A stretch of 64,000 nucleotides of DNA from an uncultured Alphaproteobacteria bacterium (GCA_963839985.1 CAWIXG010000002.1:58758-122757), one strand, 5' to 3'; positions 1 to 10,658 are shown, numbered from the stretch's first letter. A program made the numbers and translations. The notes: generated by a model from the sequence alone, not told the origin.

Positions 1-840
1 CTGCCGCACATGCAGCAGTACGACGAGGAGATCGTCGTGGTGAAATACGGCGGCCATGCGATGGGCGACGAGGCCGCCGCGCGAAGCTTCGCGCGCGACA
101 TCGTGCTGATGGAGCAGACCGCGATCAATCCGGTCGTCGTGCACGGCGGCGGGCCGCAGATCGGCGACATGCTCAAGCGTCTCGGCATCAAGTCCGAGTT
201 CGCCGCCGGCCTGCGCATCACCGACAAGGCGACGATCGAGGTTGTCGAGATGGTCCTCGCCGGCTCGATCAACAAGCAGATCGTCGGCTACATCAACGCG
301 GCAGGCGGCAAGGCCGTCGGGCTCTGCGGCAAGGACGGCAACATGGTGCAGGCGCGCAGGGTGACGCGCAGCATCGTTGACCCGAACTCGAACATCGAGA
401 AGATCGTCGATCTCGGCTTCGTCGGCGAGCCCGAGAAGGTTGACATCACCGTGCTGACGCAAATTCTCGGCCGCGACCTGATCCCGGTGCTTGCGCCGGT
501 CGCGACGTCGGCGGACGGCGCGACCTACAACGTCAACGGCGACACGTTCGCCGGCGCGATCGCCGGCGCCTTAAAGGCCAAGCGCCTGCTGCTGCTCACC
601 GACGTGCCGGGCGTGCTCGACAAGTCCGGCCAGTTGATCAAGGAGCTCTCGCTCGACGACGCGCGCCGGCTGATCGCCGACGGCACCATCTCGGGCGGCA
701 TGATCCCGAAGGTCGAAACCTGCATGTACGCGCTTGATGCCGGCGTCGAGGCGGTGGTGATTCTCGACGGCAAGGTCGAACATGCGGTGCTGATGGAATT
801 GCTCACCGATGCCGGCGCCGGGACGCTGATGCGGCGTTGA
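1..840 (+). CDS. argB: acetylglutamate kinase (5' end cut by window edge)
   Basis: ORF 10..840. The frame stays open back to nt 1 (LPH before [19 protein letters not shown]). Amino-acid-kinase motifs [15 protein letters not shown] and YNVNGDT are present. ArgB orthologues have additional N-terminal residues, so the true start lies upstream of the window. Confidence 0.9.
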   Translation: MPHMQQYDEEIVVVKYGGHAMGDEAAARSFARDIVLMEQTAINPVVVHGGGPQIGDMLKRLGIKSEFAAGLRITDKATIEVVEMVLAGSINKQIVGYINAAGGKAVGLCGKDGNMVQARRVTRSIVDPNSNIEKIVDLGFVGEPEKVDITVLTQILGRDLIPVLAPVATSADGATYNVNGDTFAGAIAGALKAKRLLLLTDVPGVLDKSGQLIKELSLDDARRLIADGTISGGMIPKVETCMYALDAGVEAVVILDGKVEHAVLMELLTDAGAGTLMRR

Positions 841-1026
841 AGGCCGAGCGGCGGTGGGCTGCCGTCCCGCCGTCCGTTCGTTGTATACTGGCCTTCGCCC
901 GGCGACGGATTGAAATTGAAGCATTTCCAATAGTTTGCCGACCATGCGCGGCAATATTTGTTGCGCAGCGGGCGCGAAGACCGCATAACGATTCAGGGCG
1001 AAGGCTGCTTGCGGCCCGGAGGCATA

Positions 1027-2646
1027 ATGGCACGTTCCTGCCGCGTTCTGATGATCTATCCGAAGTTCATTCCAAACTCGTTTTGGAACTACACCGAGAC
1101 GTGCGAACTCGTCGGCGCGAAGTATCCGGCAGCGCCCCTCGGACTGATCACGGTCGCGGCGCTGTGCCCGAAGGAATGGGACTTCCGTCTCGTCGACCGC
1201 AACACCGAAGCCCTCACCGATGAAGACCTGAACTGGGCCGATCTCGTGATGATCGGCGGCATGCTCAACCAGCAACCGGACTTCATCTACCTGATCGACC
1301 TCGCGCACCTGCACAACAAGCCGGTCTGCGTCGGCGGCCCCGATGTCTCGTCGAGCCCGCATCTTTACGCCGCGGCGGACTTCCAGGTGATCGGAGAGGC
1401 CGAGCACATCATGGCGGAGTTCATCGCGGCGTGGGAACGCGGCGAGCGCAAGGGCGTGTTCACCGCCGAGAAGTTCAAGATCGACATGACGCAGTCGCCG
1501 CTGCCGCGTTACGACCTGCTGAAGTTCGAGCAGTATCTCTATATCGGCATCCAGTTCTCGCGCGGCTGCCCGTTCACCTGCGAGTTCTGCGACATCATCG
1601 AGCTGTACGGCCGCGTGCCGCGCACCAAGACGCAGGACCAGATTTTTGCCGAGCTGCAGGCGCTCTATGACGCCGGCTATCGCGGCCACGTCGACTTCGT
1701 CGACGACAACTTCATCGGCAACCGCAAGCACGTGCGTCCGATGATGCCGAAGCTGAAGGAGTGGCTGCAGAAGCACGACTACCCGTTCGAATTCACCACC
1801 GAGGCCTCGATCAATATCGCCGACGACGACGACATGCTGCTATCGATGAAGGAAGCTAACTTCTTCGGCATCTTCGTCGGCATTGAGAGTCCGGACCCCG
1901 AGACGCTCATCCAGATGCGCAAGAAGCAGAACACCAAGCGCAACATCGCCGAGAGCATCCACAAGATCTACGGCTACGGCATGTTCGTGACGGCGGGCTT
2001 CATCCTCGGCTTCGACAGCGAAAAGGTTTCCGTCGCCCAGTCGATGACCGACTTCATCGAGGAATGCTGCGTCCCGATCTGCATGGTGGGGCTGCTCTAC
2101 GCGCTGCCGGGCACGCAGCTGACGCGCCGCCTCGAGAAGGAAGGTCGCCTGCACAAGGGCCACGAGATCATGCGGGTCGAGCAGGCCGGCGACCAGTGCA
2201 CGCTGGGCTGCAACTTCGACACCAAGCGACCGCTGCGCGATATCCTCACCGACTACCGCACCGTGCTGACCAACGTCTTCAGCCCGGAGGCTTATGCGGG
2301 CCGGCTGCGCCGACTCTCGTCGATGCTAGACCGCTCCGGACGTCCGCAGCAGCTCGCCGACGGCGACATCCGCAAGAACCACGGCGTCAACCTGCTCTAC
2401 AAGGTCATCGATCGGCTTCCGGAGGCACGCGAGCCGTTCTGGCGCACGTTCGTCGAGGTGGCCAAGAAGAACCCCGGAGCGCTGCGCCAAGTCGTCACCA
2501 TGATGGCGATCTATCTGCATCTCGGGCCGTTCTCGAAGCACGTCATTTCGGAGATCGACCGCCGCATCGCGGAGCTCGACGAGGCTACGCCTCCGACGAT
2601 GGCCGCGATGTCCGCCTACCGCGAGGCGGTGGCGGCGAACGCGTAG
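1027..2646 (+). CDS. B12-binding-domain radical SAM enzyme with DUF4070-type C-terminus (class B radical SAM, substrate unknown)
   Basis: ORF 958..2646; the likely start is ATG 1027, preceded by GGAGG. The N-terminal cobalamin-binding-type region is RVLMIYPKF...PLGLITVAA...LVMIGG. The radical SAM cluster motif is RGCPFTCEFCD, followed by a long C-terminal extension typical of DUF4070 proteins. Confidence 0.85.
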   Translation: MARSCRVLMIYPKFIPNSFWNYTETCELVGAKYPAAPLGLITVAALCPKEWDFRLVDRNTEALTDEDLNWADLVMIGGMLNQQPDFIYLIDLAHLHNKPVCVGGPDVSSSPHLYAAADFQVIGEAEHIMAEFIAAWERGERKGVFTAEKFKIDMTQSPLPRYDLLKFEQYLYIGIQFSRGCPFTCEFCDIIELYGRVPRTKTQDQIFAELQALYDAGYRGHVDFVDDNFIGNRKHVRPMMPKLKEWLQKHDYPFEFTTEASINIADDDDMLLSMKEANFFGIFVGIESPDPETLIQMRKKQNTKRNIAESIHKIYGYGMFVTAGFILGFDSEKVSVAQSMTDFIEECCVPICMVGLLYALPGTQLTRRLEKEGRLHKGHEIMRVEQAGDQCTLGCNFDTKRPLRDILTDYRTVLTNVFSPEAYAGRLRRLSSMLDRSGRPQQLADGDIRKNHGVNLLYKVIDRLPEAREPFWRTFVEVAKKNPGALRQVVTMMAIYLHLGPFSKHVISEIDRRIAELDEATPPTMAAMSAYREAVAANA

Positions 2647-2648
2647 CT

Positions 2649-2821
2649 GTCATTCCGGGGCGTGACCATAAGCGCGTCAACGCGCGTCTGCGGCGCGCCA
2701 TGGTCGCGAGCCCGGAATCCATAACCTCAATCCAGGCTTGGTTTGCGCCAGGATCGTGCGTCATTGAGAGGCTCGTGGTTATGGATTCCGGGCTCCTCGC
2801 TGCGCGAGACCCCGGAATGAC
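2649..2821. repeat. nested inverted-repeat intergenic element (REP/MITE-like, ~173 bp)
   Basis: Outer perfect 12-bp inverted repeat: GTCATTCCGGGG (2649-2660) / CCCCGGAATGAC (2810-2821). Inner perfect 16-bp inverted repeat: CCCGGAATCCATAACC (2711-2726) / GGTTATGGATTCCGGG (2777-2792). The ATTCCGGG/CCCGGAAT core occurs four times. It sits in the 241-bp gap between two + strand genes. Confidence 0.75.
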
Positions 2822-2887
2822 ACTCCCCCTTGCCGCCGCCGCTAATCCGATTCATCGATTGAACCTCAAGCGATTCGCGGGGCTTCG

Positions 2888-3883
2888 ATGCGGCGGGCGC
2901 TCCTGGCGGCAATGGCGGCTCTTGTCAGCCTGACCGCATCCGCGCGCGCCGACCTGCAATTCTGCAACAAAACCAGCTACGTGCTCGATCTCGCGCTCGG
3001 CCTCGAGGAGAAAGGCGCAGCCGCGACGCGCGGCTGGTTCCGCGTCGAGCCGGGGCAGTGCAAGAGCGTGATGCAGGGCACGCCGGAAGCCGAGAAAGTC
3101 TACGTCCACACCCGCGCGCACACCGCCTATGGCCCCTCGCCGCTGCCGCATGCCGGCCACGCCGACTTCTGCATCGCGGATGCCAATTTCATCATTGCGG
3201 CCGCCAAGGCCTGCAACAGCCGCTCGGGGCAGCGGCTGATGCGCTTCTCGGAGATCAAACCGTCGCAGACCGAACAAGGCCTCACCGCCTATCTCGGCGA
3301 GGAAGCCGATTACGATCCCGCGCAGGCGCGCTTGGCCGGCGTGCAGCGCCTGCTGGTGATCGCCGGCTACGACGCCAACCCGATCGACGGACTCGAGGGC
3401 AAGAAAACCGCCGCCGCGCTCGACCAGTTTCTGAAAGATCGCCGTCTGCCGGCCGACACCGCAAATGGAGCGACCTTCTTCCAGGTGCTGCTCGACGCCG
3501 TGAAGGAAGCCGACGGGCTCGGCTTCTCGTGGTGCAACGAAACGCCCTTCGCCGTGATGGCGGCGATCGGGATCGACGAGAAGGGCGCGGTGACGACGCG
3601 CGGCTGGTATCGCGTCGAGGCCGGCAAGTGCGTGAAGCCCGACCTGCCCGCAAAGCCTGCGCGGCTGTTCAGTTTCGCCGAAGCTGTGGACAAGGACGGC
3701 CAGGCGATCAAGCGCGGCGACAAGGCGCTCGCCTGGGGCGGCCCGGCCCAGCTCTGCACCGGCGACGTGCGCTTCGAGATCGGCGAGCAGAAGAACTGCG
3801 CCGCGCAGGGGCTGACCGCATCCGGCTTTGCCGTGATCGACATGGCGGGCCGGCAGGGCGCGACGGTGCGCTTGCGCGAGTGA
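2888..3883 (+). CDS. secreted DUF1036-like / peptidoglycan-binding-domain protein (DUF1036 - PG-binding - DUF1036)
   Basis: Signal peptide MRRALLAAMAALVSLTASARA. Two copies of a Cys-framed module are present: LQFCNKTSY...TRGWFRVEPGQCKSV and FSWCNETPF...TRGWYRVEAGKCVKP. They flank a PG-binding-like segment (LAGVQRLLVIAGYDANPIDGLEGKKTAAALDQFLKD). Confidence 0.75.
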   Translation: MRRALLAAMAALVSLTASARADLQFCNKTSYVLDLALGLEEKGAAATRGWFRVEPGQCKSVMQGTPEAEKVYVHTRAHTAYGPSPLPHAGHADFCIADANFIIAAAKACNSRSGQRLMRFSEIKPSQTEQGLTAYLGEEADYDPAQARLAGVQRLLVIAGYDANPIDGLEGKKTAAALDQFLKDRRLPADTANGATFFQVLLDAVKEADGLGFSWCNETPFAVMAAIGIDEKGAVTTRGWYRVEAGKCVKPDLPAKPARLFSFAEAVDKDGQAIKRGDKALAWGGPAQLCTGDVRFEIGEQKNCAAQGLTASGFAVIDMAGRQGATVRLRE

Positions 3884-3979
3884 GCCGCCTCACGTTGACG
3901 GTTAACGCTGAGATTGTACAGTCGCGCCGGCTGTGTCCTTTGGGCAGCGGTGGTGCCCGAAAATCCGCAGGATCGACAT

Positions 3980-5713
3980 ATGGCGGGCGGCAAACCTTCA
4001 AGATCCGGCGCTGCGTTGATCACGCTTGTGGTGATCGCTCTCATCGGCATTTTCATCTGGTGGTGCGCCACGCACGATGATGGCGGGACGCCGGAAGCGA
4101 CCGACAAGGAGAAGGAGCGCGGCGGGCGCGCGGTCACGATCCTGGCGGTCAACGACATCTATCGCATCGACGGAGTCGGAGCGGAAGAAGCCGGAGGCCT
4201 GCATCGCCTGCGCACGCTGCGCAAGAAGCTCGACAAGGACCTGGGCAACGTGCTGCTGCTGCACGCCGGGGACTTCCTCTCGCCCGCGCTCGAAGGACGC
4301 GTGTTCAAAGGCGAGCAGATGGTCGACGCGCTGAACAATCTCGACGGCGACGCGAAGAAGTTCGACGCGCGGATGTTCGTGACGTTCGGCAACCACGAAT
4401 TCGACGATTCCGACTGCAACAAGTCACCCGCCCCGCTGATCGCACGGCTGAACGAGTTCCAGTTCACCTGGCTCAACGCCAACCTCGACTTTTCCGGCTG
4501 TCTCAGCATGAAGGACGTGGCGGCACACAAGAACGTCAAGCGCACCGCGGTGGTCGAGCTCGGCGGCATCAAGATCGGCGTCTTCGGCATCGGGCTGACG
4601 CCGGATCCGGCGAACGCGAGGAAGTATCCGCGGTCTGGCGACATCTACGAGGCCGCGCGCGGCGCGATCAAGGAGCTCAAGGACAAGAAGGCCGGCGTGA
4701 TCATCGGGCTCACCCATCTGGAGAGGGCGGACGACGAGTTGCTGCTGCGTTCGCTCTCCGAATACGGCCTCGACATGATCGTCGGCGGGCACGAGCACGA
4801 GAGGATGACGATCCCGGACGCCAAGGGTGTGGTGCGCGGCTTCAAATCGGACTCCGACGCCAAGACAGCGCGCGAGATTACCGTCCGGATGCCGGCCAAG
4901 GGCGGACGGGCGATCATCGTCGACAAGAAGCTGTGGGAGCTCAAGGACGGCGTGGTCGAGCCCGACAAGGACATGACCAAGCTTGCGACGAAATGGGCGC
5001 AGCAGGCCGAGGCGAGAATCTGCGCCGACCGCAGGAAGGCCGACCGGGAGCCCAATGGTCCCGGCTGTTTGCAGACCCAGGCCGGCGCGGCTCAATTCCC
5101 GATCGCGCTGGAGGAGTCCGACAACCGGACGACGGAGACGGAATTCGGCCGCTGGATCGCCGAGGCCGTGCGCAAGGCGACCGGCGCGGACGTGGCGATC
5201 ATCGGCGCAGGGTCGCTCGGCCTCAACACCAATCTGGCAAAAGGCACGATGCTGCGGCTCGAACAGGTGGTGGACATCTTCCGCTTCGACGACATCGTCG
5301 CGGTGCGCTCCGCAAAGCAGGCCGACGTGTGCGATGCGATCCGCCACGCCTTCGCCAAGCCCGGCAATGGCGCGTGGCCGCACGTCGGCGGCCTGAAGGC
5401 TGCGGGAAACGCCGCCACGCCGGCGGAGATCCTGAAGAAATGGCAGGGCACGATCACGCGCGATGACGGCGCGGCGTTTGCCTGCGACGAAACGATGGTG
5501 AAGGTCGCAAGCTCGCCCTATCTGCTGTGCGGCGGCGATGGATATCCCGTCATGGTCGACAAGGGCGAAGCGGGCGACAAGTGCGTCGAAGCCCTGAAGA
5601 GCAAGCCGGGCGACCGGGCGAAATACCCGGAGGGCCGTTACATCAGCACCATCGCCGAGCAGACGATCAAGCACGACAAGGGCCTCGTCATGCCGCCCGA
5701 TCCGGGGGAATGA
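3980..5713 (+). CDS. membrane-anchored metallophosphoesterase / 5'-nucleotidase family protein
   Basis: ORF 3914..5713; the probable start is ATG 3980 (MAGGKPSRS, then TM helix LITLVVIALIGIFIWW). Calcineurin-like phosphoesterase motifs are AVNDIYR, HAGDFLSP, FGNHEFD and VGGHEHE, followed by a 5'-nucleotidase-like C-terminal half. Confidence 0.8.
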   Translation: MAGGKPSRSGAALITLVVIALIGIFIWWCATHDDGGTPEATDKEKERGGRAVTILAVNDIYRIDGVGAEEAGGLHRLRTLRKKLDKDLGNVLLLHAGDFLSPALEGRVFKGEQMVDALNNLDGDAKKFDARMFVTFGNHEFDDSDCNKSPAPLIARLNEFQFTWLNANLDFSGCLSMKDVAAHKNVKRTAVVELGGIKIGVFGIGLTPDPANARKYPRSGDIYEAARGAIKELKDKKAGVIIGLTHLERADDELLLRSLSEYGLDMIVGGHEHERMTIPDAKGVVRGFKSDSDAKTAREITVRMPAKGGRAIIVDKKLWELKDGVVEPDKDMTKLATKWAQQAEARICADRRKADREPNGPGCLQTQAGAAQFPIALEESDNRTTETEFGRWIAEAVRKATGADVAIIGAGSLGLNTNLAKGTMLRLEQVVDIFRFDDIVAVRSAKQADVCDAIRHAFAKPGNGAWPHVGGLKAAGNAATPAEILKKWQGTITRDDGAAFACDETMVKVASSPYLLCGGDGYPVMVDKGEAGDKCVEALKSKPGDRAKYPEGRYISTIAEQTIKHDKGLVMPPDPGE

Positions 5714-5745
5714 CATTTGCGGCGCGCGTCGTTACAAGCGCGCCC

Positions 5746-6456
5746 ATGACCGCCCTGCCCTCGCACCGCACCGCACCGCGCCGCTTTGCTCATGTCGAGA
5801 CCTGGGTTTTCGACCTCGACAACACGCTCTATCCGCATCACCTGAACCTGTGGCAGCAGGTGGACGAACGCATCCGCTCCTACATCATGGACTTCCTCAA
5901 GCTCGAGCGCGAGGACGCCTTCCGCCTGCAGAAGGACTACTACAAGCGCTACGGCACCTCGATGCGCGGGTTGATGACCGAGCACGGCATGCAGGCCGAC
6001 GATTTCCTCAATTACGTGCACGAGATCGACCACTCGCCGCTCGAACCGAACCCGGCCCTCGGCGCCGCGATCGAGCGGCTGCCCGGCCGCAAGCTCATCC
6101 TCACCAACGGCACGCGCGCGCACGCCGACGCCGTGATGCGCCGTCTCGACATCCACACGCATTTCGAGGACGTGTTCGGCATCATCGAGGCCGGGCTCGA
6201 ACCCAAGCCGCTGCCGCAGACCTACGACAGGTTTCTCAAAGTCCACAGCGTCGATCCAGCGCACGCCGCGATGTTCGAGGACCTCGCACGCAATCTCGAA
6301 GTGCCGCATTCGCTCGGCATGACCACGGTCCTGGTGGTGCCCGAAGGCACCCGCGAGGTCTTTCGCGAGTCGTGGGAAATGGAAGGCCGCGATGCCGACC
6401 ATGTGGACCACGTCACCGACGACCTGGCGGGCTTCCTGGCGCGCCTTCCGGCTTGA
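5746..6456 (+). CDS. pyrimidine 5'-nucleotidase (HAD superfamily)
   Basis: HAD motif I is [10 protein letters not shown]; LILTNG and the MFEDLARNL region lie downstream. Length and N-terminus fit the alphaproteobacterial pyrimidine 5'-nucleotidase family. An alternative ATG at 5710 would overlap the upstream stop codon as ATGA. Confidence 0.8.
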   Translation: MTALPSHRTAPRRFAHVETWVFDLDNTLYPHHLNLWQQVDERIRSYIMDFLKLEREDAFRLQKDYYKRYGTSMRGLMTEHGMQADDFLNYVHEIDHSPLEPNPALGAAIERLPGRKLILTNGTRAHADAVMRRLDIHTHFEDVFGIIEAGLEPKPLPQTYDRFLKVHSVDPAHAAMFEDLARNLEVPHSLGMTTVLVVPEGTREVFRESWEMEGRDADHVDHVTDDLAGFLARLPA

Positions 6457-6508
6457 CAGAACGCCGCGCCGCCCCGACAAACCGGGGCCTTTTGCACGGG
6501 AAAACCTG

Positions 6509-7345
6509 ATGTCCGACCTCGCCAAGATCATCGACGACGCCTTCGAAAAGCGCAACGACGTCAGCCCCGCCACCAAGGGGGCGGTGCGCGACGCGGTCGA
6601 TAGCGCGCTCGACCTGCTCGACAAGGGTGAGGCGCGCGTCGCCGAGAAGCAGAACGGCACGTGGCAGGTCAACCAGTGGCTCAAGAAGGCGGTGCTGCTC
6701 TCGTTCCGCCTCAACGACATGGGTCCGATCGCGGGCGCGGCCGGCGGCGCGACCTGGTGGGACAAGGTGCCCTCGAAGTTCGAAGGCTGGGGCGAGAACC
6801 GTTTCCGCGCCGCGGGCTTTCGCGCGGTGCCGGGGTCCGTGGTGCGCCGCTCGGCCTACATTGCGCCGAATGTCGTACTGATGCCGAGCTTCGTGAACCT
6901 CGGCGCCTACGTCGACAGCGGCACGATGGTCGACACCTGGGCGACGGTCGGCTCGTGCGCGCAGATCGGCAAGAACGTGCACATTTCGGGCGGCGCCGGT
7001 ATCGGCGGCGTACTCGAACCGCTGCAGGCGGGGCCGGTGATCATCGAGGACAACTGCTTTGTCGGCGCGCGCTCGGAAGTCGCCGAGGGCGTGATCCTGC
7101 GAGAAGGCAGCGTGCTGTCGATGGGCGTGTTCATCGGCGCCTCGACCAAGATCGTCGACCGCGAGACCGGCGAGATCTTCATGGGCGAAGTGCCGGCCTA
7201 TTCGGTCGTGGTGCCCGGTGCGCTGCCCGGAAAGCCGATGAAGAACGGCTCGCCCGGCCCGAGCCTCTATTGTGCCGTGATCGTGAAGCGCGTCGATGAA
7301 AGGACGCGCGCCAAGACGAGCATCAACGAGCTGCTGCGCGACTAG
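6509..7345 (+). CDS. dapD: 2,3,4,5-tetrahydropyridine-2,6-dicarboxylate N-succinyltransferase
   Basis: ATG 6509 ([15 protein letters not shown]...). The N-terminal helical domain is followed by left-handed beta-helix hexapeptide repeats ([24 protein letters not shown]...[14 protein letters not shown]). Its neighbour is dapE. Confidence 0.92.
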   Translation: MSDLAKIIDDAFEKRNDVSPATKGAVRDAVDSALDLLDKGEARVAEKQNGTWQVNQWLKKAVLLSFRLNDMGPIAGAAGGATWWDKVPSKFEGWGENRFRAAGFRAVPGSVVRRSAYIAPNVVLMPSFVNLGAYVDSGTMVDTWATVGSCAQIGKNVHISGGAGIGGVLEPLQAGPVIIEDNCFVGARSEVAEGVILREGSVLSMGVFIGASTKIVDRETGEIFMGEVPAYSVVVPGALPGKPMKNGSPGPSLYCAVIVKRVDERTRAKTSINELLRD

Positions 7346-7362
7346 CGCGTGATCCCGAAGCA

Positions 7363-7788
7363 ATGACCGACGCCGAGACCCCGAAATCGCGAACGCCATT
7401 TCTGGCGTCCTTGTTCGGCTTCGGCGGCCGCATCGGACCGGCGCAATACTGGGGCGCGACCGGCGTTGCGCTTGGCGTCTTCATCCTGGCCGCCCTGTTT
7501 GCCGCAAGCGCGATGGCGCCGACCGGCGGCGGGGCACCGCTGTTCGCCGTTCCGCTGATCTGCCTGTTCGTGTGGCTCGTCATCTCCGCGATGGCGCAGC
7601 GCCTGCGCGACGCCGGCAGGTCGCCATGGCTGGCGCTGGCGTTCATCGCCGCGCTGATCGCCTGGCTCTACCTCGCCATCGAGCTGATCGAGTATGCCGC
7701 GCTGCTCGGCGTGATCGGCTTCGTCGGCATCCTCGGCGCGGTCGGCCACATCGACGCGCTGTCCAAGATGAAAGAAGAGGGCGCATGA
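7363..7788 (+). CDS. DUF805-family inner membrane protein
   Basis: The N-terminus [14 protein letters not shown] is typical of DUF805. It is followed by three hydrophobic helices and an [12 protein letters not shown] loop. The stop overlaps the dapE start (ATGA). Confidence 0.7.
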   Translation: MTDAETPKSRTPFLASLFGFGGRIGPAQYWGATGVALGVFILAALFAASAMAPTGGGAPLFAVPLICLFVWLVISAMAQRLRDAGRSPWLALAFIAALIAWLYLAIELIEYAALLGVIGFVGILGAVGHIDALSKMKEEGA

Positions 7789-8954
7789 CGCTGGCCGATC
7801 CCGTCGCCCTCGCGCGCGACCTCTTGCGCTGCCCCTCGGTGACGCCGGCCGAAGGCGGCGCGCTGGCGCTGATCGAAAGCGTGTTGAAAGGCGCGGGCTT
7901 TACCGTCCACCGCGTCACCTTCGAGGAGCCCGGTACCGACCCGGTGGAAAATCTTTACGCCCGCATCGGCACGGCCGCGCCGCATCTGATGTTCGCGGGC
8001 CATACCGACGTGGTGCCGCCCGGCGACGAGTCGCGCTGGAGTCATCCTCCGTTCGCGAGCGAGATCGACAAAGGCGTGCTCTACGGCCGCGGCGCGGTCG
8101 ACATGAAGGGCTCGATCGCCTGCAAAATCGCCGCGGCGCTTGATTATCTCGCCGCCAACGACGACCAGCCGACGGGCTCGATCTCGTTCCTGATCACCGG
8201 CGACGAGGAAGGCATCGCGGTCAACGGCACCATCAAGCTGCTGCAGTGGGCGGCGGCGCGCGGGGAAAAATTCGATCATGCCATTCTCGGCGAGCCGACC
8301 AATCCGGAACAGCTCGGCGACATGATCAAGATCGGCCGGCGCGGCTCGCAGAACGGCGTGCTGATCGTCACCGGCATCCAGGGCCACGTCGCCTATCCGG
8401 AACTCGCCGACAATCCTGTGCGCGGGCTCGTGACGCTGATCGAAGCGATCAACGCCGAGCCGCTCGACGGCGGCACCGGGCATTTCGGACCGTCAAACCT
8501 CGAGTTCACCTCGATCGATATCGGCAACAAGACCGTCAACCTCATTCCGGGCGAGGCGCGCGCGCGTTTCAACATCCGCTTCAACGACACGCGCACCCGC
8601 GAGGAACTGCGGGCGGAGGTGGAGCGCCGCGCCGCCAAGGCGGCCGGCAATGCGATCCGCTGGAGCATCGACTGGGAGCCGTCCAACGCGGACGTGTTCA
8701 TCACGATGCCCGGGCCGTTCGTCGAGATGATCTCGAAAGCCGTGACCGAGGTGACCGGGCTGACGCCGAAGCTCTCCACCACCGGCGGCACCTCCGACGC
8801 ACGCTTCATCAAGGACTACTGCCCGGTGATCGAGTTCGGCCTGCTCAGCCAGCAGATGCACAAGGTCGACGAACACGTCGCCACCGCGGATCTCGTGGCG
8901 CTGACCGCGATCTACCGGCACATCCTGGAAAAATATTTCAGTTCCCGAGCTTGA
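7785..8954 (+). CDS. dapE: succinyl-diaminopimelate desuccinylase (M20 peptidase)
   Basis: ATG 7785 within ORF 7572..8954. [21 protein letters not shown], with the M20 motifs [19 protein letters not shown] and ITGDEEG. Confidence 0.92.
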   Translation: MTLADPVALARDLLRCPSVTPAEGGALALIESVLKGAGFTVHRVTFEEPGTDPVENLYARIGTAAPHLMFAGHTDVVPPGDESRWSHPPFASEIDKGVLYGRGAVDMKGSIACKIAAALDYLAANDDQPTGSISFLITGDEEGIAVNGTIKLLQWAAARGEKFDHAILGEPTNPEQLGDMIKIGRRGSQNGVLIVTGIQGHVAYPELADNPVRGLVTLIEAINAEPLDGGTGHFGPSNLEFTSIDIGNKTVNLIPGEARARFNIRFNDTRTREELRAEVERRAAKAAGNAIRWSIDWEPSNADVFITMPGPFVEMISKAVTEVTGLTPKLSTTGGTSDARFIKDYCPVIEFGLLSQQMHKVDEHVATADLVALTAIYRHILEKYFSSRA

Positions 8955-9903
8955 TGCCTGCCGCGCGCGCGAGGTCGAGCCACTTCGCGATGTCGGCATT
9001 GACGAACGCCGTGAAGTCGTCCGGCGTGTTCGGCGCCGGCTCGGCGCCCTGTTCGGCGAGGCGTTGCTTCGCCTCAGGCAGGCTGAGCACGCGGCCGACG
9101 TCTGCGCTGATCTTCACCACCACGTCGCGTGGACAGCCCGCCGGCGCGAACAGCCCGAACCAGCCAAGCGACTGATAGTCCGGCAGGCCGGTCTCGGCGA
9201 CGGTCGGAAAGTCCGGAAACAGCGCCGAGCGCGCAGCGCCCGTGGTGCCGATCACGCGCAAGGTGCCGGCCGCGATATGGGGCGTCACCACCAGCGCGGG
9301 CGAGAACATCAGGTCGATCCGGCCACCGAGCAGGTCGGTGACCGCGGGACCGGTCCCGCGATACGGCACATGCAGCATCTCGATGCCGCTCATCTGCGCG
9401 AATAGCGCGCCGGAAAGATGCGAAGCCGAGCCGGCGCCGGACGAGCCGAACGCCAGCTTGCCCGGATTGGCTCTTGCATGCGCAATGAGCTCGCCGGCGC
9501 TGCGCACCGGAACATTCGGATTGACGACCAGGATGTAGGGCGGCGCCGCGATCAGCGAAACCGGTGCGAGCTCGCGCGTGACGTCGAACAAGCCGCTCTG
9601 GCCGCCGGTGAGCGCCAGGATCGCGCCGGTCGACGCCATCAGCAGCGTGTGACCATCGGCTGGCGCGGCGATCACCTGGCGCGTGCCGATCACGCCGGCG
9701 GCACCCGGGCGATATTCCGAGATCACCGTCTGGCCCCACGCGCTCTGCAGGCCGGCCGCGAGCACGCGTCCGAGCACGTCGGTGGCGCCGCCGGGCGGAA
9801 ACGGCACGATGATGCGCACCTGCCCGCTCGGGAAATTCTGCGCCTGCGCCGGCCCCGCAGCCAGCAGCGGCAGGGCGGACAGCAGCGTACGGCGCGAGAT
9901 CAT
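8938..9903 (-). CDS. Bug/TctC-family tripartite tricarboxylate transporter substrate-binding protein (orphan)
   Basis: ATG 9903 within ORF 8938..9993. The signal peptide is [21 protein letters not shown], and the body is Bug-family ([12 protein letters not shown]...). There is no adjacent tctA or tctB. The 3' end overlaps the dapE 3' end by 17 nt (convergent). Confidence 0.85.
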   Translation of the reverse strand: MISRRTLLSALPLLAAGPAQAQNFPSGQVRIIVPFPPGGATDVLGRVLAAGLQSAWGQTVISEYRPGAAGVIGTRQVIAAPADGHTLLMASTGAILALTGGQSGLFDVTRELAPVSLIAAPPYILVVNPNVPVRSAGELIAHARANPGKLAFGSSGAGSASHLSGALFAQMSGIEMLHVPYRGTGPAVTDLLGGRIDLMFSPALVVTPHIAAGTLRVIGTTGAARSALFPDFPTVAETGLPDYQSLGWFGLFAPAGCPRDVVVKISADVGRVLSLPEAKQRLAEQGAEPAPNTPDDFTAFVNADIAKWLDLARAAGIKLGN

Positions 9904-9910
9904 GCGAGCC

Positions 9911-10648
9911 TCAATAGTCGACGCCGACCAGGTACAGCCCGTCGGGCGGCGCCACCGGACCGCACGCCGAACGATCGCACGCCGCGAGCGCACGGCTGAG
10001 ATCGTCCGCGCTCCACTTGCCGTCGCCGACCAGCGCGAGCGAGCCGACCATCGAGCGCACCTGGTTGTGCAGGAACGAGCGTGCCGAGGTGTCGATCCGC
10101 ACCTCGTCGCCCGCGCGCGTCACCGCGAGCGCGTCGAGCGTCTTCATCGGCGACTTCGCCTGGCACTCGGTCGAGCGAAACGTCGTGAAGTCGTGCTTGC
10201 CGGTGAGCCGCTGCGCGGCTTCATGCATCGCGTCCACGTTCAGCCGCCGCGGCACGCGCCACGCGCGGGTTCGCTCGAGCGCAAGGTCGGGCCGCCGGTT
10301 GGCGATGCGATAGAGATAATGCCGCTTGCGCGCCGAGAAGCGCGCGTCGAAATCGTCCGCCACCTTTTCGGCTGAGAGTACCGCGATCGGGTGCGGGCGC
10401 AGATGCGCGTTGACGCCGTCGCGCACGCGGTCGACGCGCCAGTCCTTTTCGAGATCGACATGCGCCACCTGGGCGAGCGCATGCACGCCCGCATCGGTGC
10501 GTCCCGCGCCCGCGACCTTCACGGCATGGCCGCAAAGCGCCGCGATGGCCTCGGCCAGCGTGCGCTGCACCGTCGGCGCACCCTCCTGCCACTGCCATCC
10601 GGCAAACGGCGTGCCGTCATATTCGATGGTCAGCTTGAACCGCGGCAT
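9911..10648 (-). CDS. truA: tRNA pseudouridine(38-40) synthase
   Basis: [21 protein letters not shown]... with the catalytic [11 protein letters not shown] motif. Confidence 0.93.
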   Translation of the reverse strand: MPRFKLTIEYDGTPFAGWQWQEGAPTVQRTLAEAIAALCGHAVKVAGAGRTDAGVHALAQVAHVDLEKDWRVDRVRDGVNAHLRPHPIAVLSAEKVADDFDARFSARKRHYLYRIANRRPDLALERTRAWRVPRRLNVDAMHEAAQRLTGKHDFTTFRSTECQAKSPMKTLDALAVTRAGDEVRIDTSARSFLHNQVRSMVGSLALVGDGKWSADDLSRALAACDRSACGPVAPPDGLYLVGVDY

Positions 10649-10658
10649 CGCGTAGGCT

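Noticed and set aside
571-1776. Long antisense or off-frame ORFs throughout the track. Examples: 571..1776 (-), 4424..5716 (-), 6413..7399 (-), 14358..16232 (-, 624 aa), 20554..21840 (-), 22541..23617 (-), 31982..33331 (-), 33479..34858 (-), 35880..37760 (-, 626 aa), 42805..44910 (+, 701 aa), 46890..48638 (+), 48788..50533 (+), 58103..60421 (+, 772 aa).
   Set aside because: All of them overlap a gene with a clear family signature on the other strand or frame. They have the Arg/Ala/Gly/Pro/His-rich, low-complexity composition expected from stop-poor non-coding frames in GC-rich DNA. None shows a recognisable motif.
2064-2933. 289-aa plus-strand ORF spanning the end of the radical SAM gene, the palindromic element and the start of the DUF1036 gene.
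   Set aside because: It is an out-of-frame overlap with two supported genes. The part crossing 2649-2821 is simply the translated repeat element.
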